Part shown: positions 56,933 to 64,000 of the stretch, piece by piece
How positions within the stretch are numbered: the stretch's first letter is position 1
Layout of the letters: each line of letters starts with the position of its first letter
Assembly: GCA_965644295.1 (NCBI GenBank)
Contig: CBFFRP010000132.1
Location: 1-64,000 of the forward strand
From: Paraphysomonas bandaiensis
Taxonomy: Eukaryota > Protista > Chrysophyceae
Reading direction: 5' to 3'
Length of the DNA stretch: 64,000 nucleotides
Position numbers and translations under genes: made by a program
The notes under the pieces: generated by a model
The model's input: only the letters and a program-made list of their open reading frames with translations
What the model was told of the DNA's origin: nothing
Database searches by the model: none

Positions 56933-57983
56933 CAGGGCTGAGTAACAATTAATTGCAATTATTAGTTACAGCTCGCGCAATTACAGTAACAATTTAATTG
57001 GAAATTATTGTCTAATTAGCTTAGTTACTCATTACAACTGTACTTGCAGTCCACAGAAGTCTATTAACGCGCAAGAATATATAAGGGCCTCCAATCGATG
57101 AGGTGCCATCTTTGCGCAGATAACTCATTTTGATTATTGATCTACTGGAAAGCCTTTCTACACAACTAGTAGTGGAGTAAACGTGCTTCAAGTAGCGGTA
57201 GTTAATCGGTTAAATCGTGTCTTCTCGTCAGTGAGTCGACACCATCAGAATACGGTTGAGCTGCGCCTTCTCAGGTCGAGTGAGGGTGTTCTCCAATATG
57301 CTTTGGACTTTTACAACAGCATTTTTGAAAAGGTCTGATTCGCACATCACTAAGATCGGCCTGTTCGGCGCCATCTTTCTGGAGAATCATCGAAACTTTT
57401 TAGAACTCTCTTAAATCCCCTGTCAAGTGCTCTACTTTAGCATGATGCTTTTTGTGTTACTGCATTTGAGATTAATTTGTTGACCTCGTTGTCAAAATTG
57501 CACCTTCTCAGATATTGGTAAGAATATGATTGTGAAACTACTTTTATTATAAATATCTAAGTTTTATTGAGCATTACATGTAATTATACGCTATGGATCG
57601 AGCTGAACTTAGTCTCTTGTAGCTCAAGGTCAAGAGGAAAGAAACGTAATCGACCTTACAAAGAAAAACAGTACCTTTCAAAACGTTGAAAAGAAATATT
57701 ATGCAATGATGAGAGGCCAACCTTCACATCATTTTATTAACCGTTATAAGGGTGATGGCCATGAAAAGGGTAATAAATGGCTATCGTCCTCACTGTTTTA
57801 CAAGTTCTAATTATAATATGTCCTATTAGGGTTAGAGTTAAATACGAAATAGTAATTAATTAATTGCAACCTTTCAGCGAGCAATTAAATTGTAATTATT
57901 ACGTATATTTCATGTTGTGCAATTTAATTGCAACACACACCGCTAATATATATTATTCAATAAAATTGTTATGCAACCCTCTG
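56933..57983. mobile_element. hAT-like element of the same family as 42465-43029 (longer, degenerate)
   Basis: CAGGGCTGAGTAACAATTAATTG left end; shared interior TTTCTACACAACTAGTAGTGGAGTA and GTGAGTCGACACCATC; ATTGTTATGCAACCCT right end. Confidence 0.7.
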
Positions 57984-58263
57984 ATAGTTTCATTAAATAT
58001 AAGATAGTATATATGAATAATTTTGGTTCATCGAAATAACTTTAAGAATTTTATAGGAGAGTTAGAACACCACATTAAATATATAATATAATGCTGCATG
58101 TGATTTATTATTGAAGTAGTGACACCCAGCCCTTTCAGGGTTTGGGCCATGTCGTGCTTATCAGGATTGTGTGCTTCATCTCATACACTCATAATTCGAG
58201 TTAGTTGCACAAGCAGGGATTACGCATGTTTTATATAAATGTGATGATGATGCTACTACTTGA

Positions 58264-59440
58264 TACGTATATAACACGGATAATAGGTATATATATTATA
58301 CAGGCAGTAAATAATTATTTTTACCTGAATTGGGTTCAACAGAACGCTCATATTAGCACCAGGAAACATTCAACTTCAACAATCAGTTCAACAAAAACTC
58401 TATTCTATCTTAATTCTGACATTGGCAGTTACTTGAATATGATTCATTATATTACTACACAATTTTAGGGACCAGAATCATCTATACTATTAAATCCATC
58501 CGTATAGACTTTTAGCATCTGATAATGGAAAGAAGATGCCTCGTGCAACTACAATTTTTTACAATTACCCTGACACTTATGTACAAGTTTAAATACCTTG
58601 CAGTTGCCATTCCCTTAGTATCCTTCTGTGGTAGTAGTATATTTCTTGCAGATATTATTGAATTTTAAGGATTTATTGTTCGTTTTAATTATTCTAGAAT
58701 TTTTATGTTATACCATAAACTTGAAACGATACTTTATTTACTTAATGTTAACCAGGGAATACCTATTCCCTCTTAACAGCAAGCAAGCTACATATAGCTA
58801 TACATTCTAGACATTGGTTTTCAACATTATGAGGAGAACTAAGAACTAAGGGAGAGTATCGTCCTTCGTCCAAATTTAAAACTCGGGCTTTTGACCCTTA
58901 GTTCAAAATTCTGAGCGGGCGATGTAGCCTTTTTATTATCAGTATTTCAATATTATAACTATACTTAACAAAAAACAATGAACATAAAGCACTTTATCAT
59001 AATTGTACGCTTTTAGAAATGATAACTTGATAATATTATGATGTAGTAGTCTTTTGGCCAGGTGACCCTCATTAATTGCCAAAACCCTTTTGCTAAATGT
59101 ATCTCTCCTGTACAATTAGATGATTTACAAACACATCAAAAAGTAATAATATATCGACCAATAGCCCAATGTGTTGTTAGTGGGAAACTTTAATCCGAAC
59201 TTGGAGTGTTTATTAATCTGCTCCTGAAAGTTGACTCACCATTGAAGTTTCCCTAAAATTGTGTGTATTCAAGTAACTGCCAATGTCGTAATTAAGATAG
59301 AATAGAGTTTTTGTTGAACTGAATGTTGAGTTGAATGTATATTTTCCCGGTGCTAATATGAGCGTTCTGTTGAACCCAATTCAGGTAAAAATATAATTAT
59401 TTACAGCCTGCATATACCTATTATCCGTATTATATACGTA
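58264..59440. mobile_element. Non-coding element with about 175-bp terminal inverted repeats (possible TA target site)
   Basis: 58264-58440 is the reverse complement of 59266-59440, e.g. TTACCTGAATTGGGTTCAACAGAACGCTCATATTAGCACC; ends TA-CGTATATAA...TTATATACG-TA. Confidence 0.8.
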
Positions 59441-59598
59441 CCAATTACTGAACCGAACACACGTTGCAGCTCCTATACGTGTGTTTTCAAGGATCTAAAT
59501 GCAGACGGATACAAATATTGAAGTTATGTAATAATATGAACTTAGTCGTCCATCCAGTAGACATAATGAATCATATTAGTATGAGTAACATAGTTACT

Positions 59599-60399
59599 TT
59601 ACCATTCATCATCTGATACAAAATCACCTCCATGACCTTCTACTGTAGTAAAAAAACCATCATCGCTTTTTTCATCCACTTCTGTATCTGGAGCTTGATA
59701 TGTAAGCCCCAGGGCTCTACTAGTACTAACTACACGCCTAACTAACGGCTCCAACGAGTGCACAACTTCCGGAAACACTGCATCAAAGAGCGAATTGATT
59801 ACTTCCACCCGTCGTGTGTTGACTGGCTCAAGGGAAGAATACAAATCTATATCTGAGGTAGTGTCACCTTCCCCACTTCCACTATTATCTATTACAATAG
59901 TTTCTTCGAGTATTCCATTTTGCACGAACACTTCGTCTTCAACAGCAACACAAGGAAAGGGTTGAGAAATCTGGCGACCGGTAACTCGGAGATCTGCGTT
60001 GTCAGTAATACTCGGCTCACAGGATTCCCTTAGTCCAGAAGCATCACAGCTAACAGCTGGAGTACGAAAGAAAATACAACCTTCCTCCGTGCCATCTTTG
60101 TCGCTGATGTCTTGAATGCGCTCCCCTATTATTCCCAGGTACGGAAACTGGCGTTGCCATGAAAACAACTCATCATCCATCACCTCCTCGTTGTGTGCAT
60201 CATATCCGCGAGAGAACTCACGAATTTCTTTAGGATAAGGACAGCCTCTCTGTTTCTCTTCAAAGGCAGAGAATAGTCGAGTCTCCAGATCCACCAGCAT
60301 GAGCTGCGTGCGCTCTGTTTCTCTCTCCGCTAATCGTGCTATGGATTCTTCGAAATCCATTTCAATAAAGCCGGAGCAATGGTTCAAACTAAATGACAT
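59599..60399 (-). CDS. Acidic 266-aa protein, FAM149/DUF3719-like (possibly ciliary)
   Basis: ELFSWQRQFPYLGIIGERI, EVFVQNGILEETIVID and EVINSLFDAVF recall FAM149 blocks; family call from memory. Confidence 0.55.
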   Translation of the reverse strand: MSFSLNHCSGFIEMDFEESIARLAERETERTQLMLVDLETRLFSAFEEKQRGCPYPKEIREFSRGYDAHNEEVMDDELFSWQRQFPYLGIIGERIQDISDKDGTEEGCIFFRTPAVSCDASGLRESCEPSITDNADLRVTGRQISQPFPCVAVEDEVFVQNGILEETIVIDNSGSGEGDTTSDIDLYSSLEPVNTRRVEVINSLFDAVFPEVVHSLEPLVRRVVSTSRALGLTYQAPDTEVDEKSDDGFFTTVEGHGGDFVSDDEW

Positions 60400-60738
60400 T
60401 CATTTATGTAATTCAACCAAGAAGTCACTTACTACACCTTCGTACCTACCTGCATACCTACCTGCCTACATACATACATACAACGTACTACGATCGTAGT
60501 TACGGTATTTCCACAAAGAACCAAATATTTCATCAAGTGAACCATGCTGTATGTGGACGTATCCCTCCCATATACATGTATATCGGGCCGGTATCCATGT
60601 GGAGATGTAATCTGGATATATAAACATGCATTCCATCCATATCGACATTACCTGACATATATGTAATGACTCCTGCGCGTTAGTTGTGTACAGTGTAGAT
60701 TGCAGCCGTCAATCACGTCTGTTCAGCTGTATCTGTCG

Positions 60739-63462
60739 ATGCAGGACAGTGTCCCCAGCTCTCAGCAGAAGCACTCGCTCGTGACGGTTGTCGCCTGTCG
60801 ATTCAGTTTTACTTTTGCAGTGGGGGTTTTACTGATAACAATATCTGCGCTAGTTTATCAGAACATATATACGGACGTGTGGTTACGTGAACTGGAGAGA
60901 GAGCTCATCGAAATAGAGGAAGATGGATTCAGCGCCGAAGTAAATGTTGTCGCTGCGAATATTGCTTTGCAGTACGCTAGTTCTGTAGCTGACATAAACG
61001 CAACTCACTACTATGCCGAACAAGTGTTTAATGGGAAGCTGCCCATTCGGAAATACTATCCTAATTTCTATGGCGTTAACGATTCATCGTGCCCCTACAT
61101 TGATCCCAATGTAAGTGAGCTCAATGAATACAGTGTTTGGTATAGCAACCGAAGTTGTGATGAATCTGATAACATGTACCTTCAAAACTCATCGATTTTA
61201 GATAACGTTCATCGTGTAATAAAAGGTGCGAACCCGTATTACATTGAGTCATACTTAGGAACTGTGGATGGCATGTTTCGATCATTTCCTCACCGCAACT
61301 TGGAAAACCTGGCGACCCTTTCTTACACCTGCGCGGGTACAGATGAGTGGGTACGTGGATTTGACCCTCGCTGTGCGTCATGGTATTGGAACTCTGTGCA
61401 GGACCCGACAGAAGTGTTCTTCTATGGTCCTCTGGAAAGTAATATTGTGAAGAGTTTGACAGTAGTGCTCTCTCGTGCCGTACATCGAAACACAACCATT
61501 ATTGGCGCTGTAGCTTGGAATGTTGATCTCAGCATCGTAACGAATGGAATAAATGATGTTGGTGGAAAGAGTGTGGGATACAACTATGTGATAGATTCCG
61601 ATGGCTTGGTTGTTCTCTATAACGGGGATGTATCTCCATGTGGTCGTTGTCACATAACTGAAGCAGAATTTGGTACGAAAGTGACGAAAGAAAGCATGGC
61701 ATTTGATGAAATATCAATTGATGTGGTACTTGGAAATGAAGGCTCGTCATCGTTTAGAAAAAATAACAAGAAATTTCATATGCACTTTGCACCTGTCGAA
61801 GGTTCGAGATACCGCTATGTGTCAATAATTCCGGATGCCGTTGTTGTGGAAAGCACGGATGTACTGGTTAAAGACATCACAAATTTACTATTTTTTGGTA
61901 CATTGCTAACTCTGCTCATAGCAGTCGTAGTTATTGCTATAGGGGGTATGTCTGCGATATACCTTGCTGCCGTAGTCGTGAAGCCTATCAATGATTTCAA
62001 CGATTTCTCCATTGATGTGGGTCCCGGAAAACTAGATATTGAACTTGGAAATGTTGAAGGGCACAGCCATTCTGATATTGTGCAAGTAGGAAGACGATTC
62101 CGGTCGTTTATTGAAGCGATGACTTTCTCGAATAAAGAGTTCTATGCACACAACATTGAGAGCGCATATGAGAGTATCCTCCGTGTTGAAGCAGTTATGA
62201 GGGAAATTAACAACCCACGAGGACTCAGTGTGGTACTAAGCAACAAGGCTAACATATTACTGCGGTATTATGAGCTCCGTGATCATTTATCTCTTGCGAA
62301 AAAATGCTTTGATATTGCGATACTGGAAGGTCATCGAGCAATTGAGACTTGTACAACGGAGGAAGATGAGAGGTACTGCACAATTACCCTGGCGGGACGC
62401 TATGGAAATTTAGGTGCCTACTATATGGACACCAGGGAGTACGATAATAGTATCGCGGCTTATGAAATGGCCATAATGCTGCACGGGAAAGCCGCGGATA
62501 AGATCGGAGAAATACGCGCACGTGGGAATCTCGGAAAGGCCTATTTGGACATGGGCCGCCTTAATGAGGCTGATGAAATCTTCAGAGAAGCGTTTGATTG
62601 TGCTGTGCATAGTTTTGCCTCTCTCGGCACAGATCGTGCCCGAGAAGTTCTACAGTACGCTTCAATGAATATGGGAATACTGCTATGTTGTACTGAGGAG
62701 TATGAGGAAGCCAGAAAATTTTTCACTTATTCCTTGGAACTGTCCAAGACTATACACAGACTAATTAAATTGAAGTGTTTGAAAGAGCTGAGTGAGGTGT
62801 ACATGCATTTATCACATCCAGATGCCGAAGAAATGGGTAACTCAATTTCTCAAGATTTGACGCAATATGATGCTGTGCGCAAGCGCCACTTTCATTTTCT
62901 TGTTGATGTTTCAAGTCGAATGACAAACGAAACGATGGCATTTTATCACGACAAGTTATTCTATATCATAACGAATTTGTGTACGATGAAGGATTACGTA
63001 TCCGCAACAGTTTATAATAACAACACCCGAAGAATAGTATCTAAAGAAGTTGTTGGAAGGCATAGATCGAATCTACTGCAAAGAATTACTCGCGAAACTT
63101 ATAACTTCCGTGGGACAGCCTCATTTTATGATGCGCTTGAACGATCGATTGTAAGTATTCGAAAGGATTCAATCGGAAGTGGAGATCAGTGGATCATAGC
63201 TTTATCAAATGCTAGAGACAACTCTTCGGTCAAAGATTTCGAAAATTTACCGTCCATTATTCAAAGGTGTAAAATTAATATTGTCATGATTACAGACAAG
63301 GTATTTTGGAATTTGGAGAGAGTTGACAGGTTGTTAAGTGCATGTCGATTTGGCCTACGAATATCGCAAGAAGGAGGTGAAATAAGTGATATTAAACGTG
63401 CTTTTGAAGCTGCTGATTCAAGTCTTGTCACCGTGAGTCATACGACCATGGAAACACTGTAA
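60739..63462 (+). CDS. Membrane receptor: TM - dCache-like sensor - TM - HAMP - TPR repeats - VWA-like domain
   Basis: TM FTFAVGVLLITISALVY; YLGTVDGMFRSFP and FDPRCASWY (Cache); second TM followed by VVKPI (HAMP); GNLGAYYMD, GNLGKAYLDMGRLNEA (TPR); HFLVDVS, FYDAL, WIIALS (VWA). Confidence 0.8.
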   Translation: MQDSVPSSQQKHSLVTVVACRFSFTFAVGVLLITISALVYQNIYTDVWLRELERELIEIEEDGFSAEVNVVAANIALQYASSVADINATHYYAEQVFNGKLPIRKYYPNFYGVNDSSCPYIDPNVSELNEYSVWYSNRSCDESDNMYLQNSSILDNVHRVIKGANPYYIESYLGTVDGMFRSFPHRNLENLATLSYTCAGTDEWVRGFDPRCASWYWNSVQDPTEVFFYGPLESNIVKSLTVVLSRAVHRNTTIIGAVAWNVDLSIVTNGINDVGGKSVGYNYVIDSDGLVVLYNGDVSPCGRCHITEAEFGTKVTKESMAFDEISIDVVLGNEGSSSFRKNNKKFHMHFAPVEGSRYRYVSIIPDAVVVESTDVLVKDITNLLFFGTLLTLLIAVVVIAIGGMSAIYLAAVVVKPINDFNDFSIDVGPGKLDIELGNVEGHSHSDIVQVGRRFRSFIEAMTFSNKEFYAHNIESAYESILRVEAVMREINNPRGLSVVLSNKANILLRYYELRDHLSLAKKCFDIAILEGHRAIETCTTEEDERYCTITLAGRYGNLGAYYMDTREYDNSIAAYEMAIMLHGKAADKIGEIRARGNLGKAYLDMGRLNEADEIFREAFDCAVHSFASLGTDRAREVLQYASMNMGILLCCTEEYEEARKFFTYSLELSKTIHRLIKLKCLKELSEVYMHLSHPDAEEMGNSISQDLTQYDAVRKRHFHFLVDVSSRMTNETMAFYHDKLFYIITNLCTMKDYVSATVYNNNTRRIVSKEVVGRHRSNLLQRITRETYNFRGTASFYDALERSIVSIRKDSIGSGDQWIIALSNARDNSSVKDFENLPSIIQRCKINIVMITDKVFWNLERVDRLLSACRFGLRISQEGGEISDIKRAFEAADSSLVTVSHTTMETL

Positions 63463-63844
63463 TTCACCCTTATATCTGTATATATATATATATATATATG
63501 GGTTTTTGTCAAAATTAGTGTTGTTTTATGAATACTTATCTTTGTGTAATGAACACGACCTAGCAGCCCACAATTAATTTATTTATCTTTTAATTTATTA
63601 CGAGTTACAATGAATTCTTATTTATACGTTAGCTAGCAATGTAACGCCTGTGCATCGTTCACTTGAAGAAAGTTGTTTCATTTGCTTGTGATAGAGCTTC
63701 AATGCGCAACAAGCCAGAGAACCTGCAGAATACAATAAAATACTCATTCGTTTAATTATGATGCGACTGATATATGGAAATATTATTCAACCAAGTCAAT
63801 TTGGTGGAAAAAACTAGTCAATTCAATAAATGACTCAACCTAGT

Positions 63845-63985
63845 CAAGCACCAATGCAACCACTTCTGCTCTATCACTCAAAGTAAACACAGTGAGCAAG
63901 CAGAATGTTGATATACCTGACTTCAAAATTTTGAGTCCTAAGGTGAGTCCTATGCTTGACTTCAGAAGGCAGCCCAATACCCCGG
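63845..63985. repeat. Member of the 12708-13150 dispersed repeat family
   Basis: TGCTCTATCACTCAAAGT...CAGTGAGCAAGCAGAA.GTTGATAT shared with 12790-12838. Confidence 0.7.
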
Positions 63986-64000
63986 ATACCTCTTTTAGGT

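Noticed and set aside
1-64000. CRISPR arrays, rRNA, tRNA, prokaryotic operons
   Set aside because: No repeat-spacer array or RNA gene recognised; the window is eukaryotic.

Overview
Eukaryotic nuclear DNA, not prokaryotic: it has short 43-56 bp spliceosomal introns and a stramenopile-type actin. A chrysophyte/ochrophyte-like protist is my inference. Host genes: a signal-peptide ankyrin+JmjC gene amplified in a 4058-bp tandem array with a Copia fragment, two near-identical inverted actins plus a partial third copy, a UBX protein, mitochondrial citrate synthase, a GxGYxYP-type putative glycoside hydrolase, an organellar ribosome recycling factor, a myosin with ankyrin and FYVE-like tail, two signal-peptide tandem-SET genes, a FAM149-like gene, and a Cache-HAMP-TPR-VWA receptor. 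The centre (18971-32950) is a three-level nest: a hAT-like MITE holds an intact Copia, whose 3' LTR holds an intact Gypsy-like element. That Gypsy is the most unusual object. Its RT catalytic motif is IFDN instead of YxDD, gag and pol are in one frame separated by a single UGA, Gag has a CCCH finger instead of a CCHC knuckle, palindromes replace a tRNA primer-binding site, and the integrase has a degenerate chromodomain plus an extra tail. All calls are by eye; no database searches were run.
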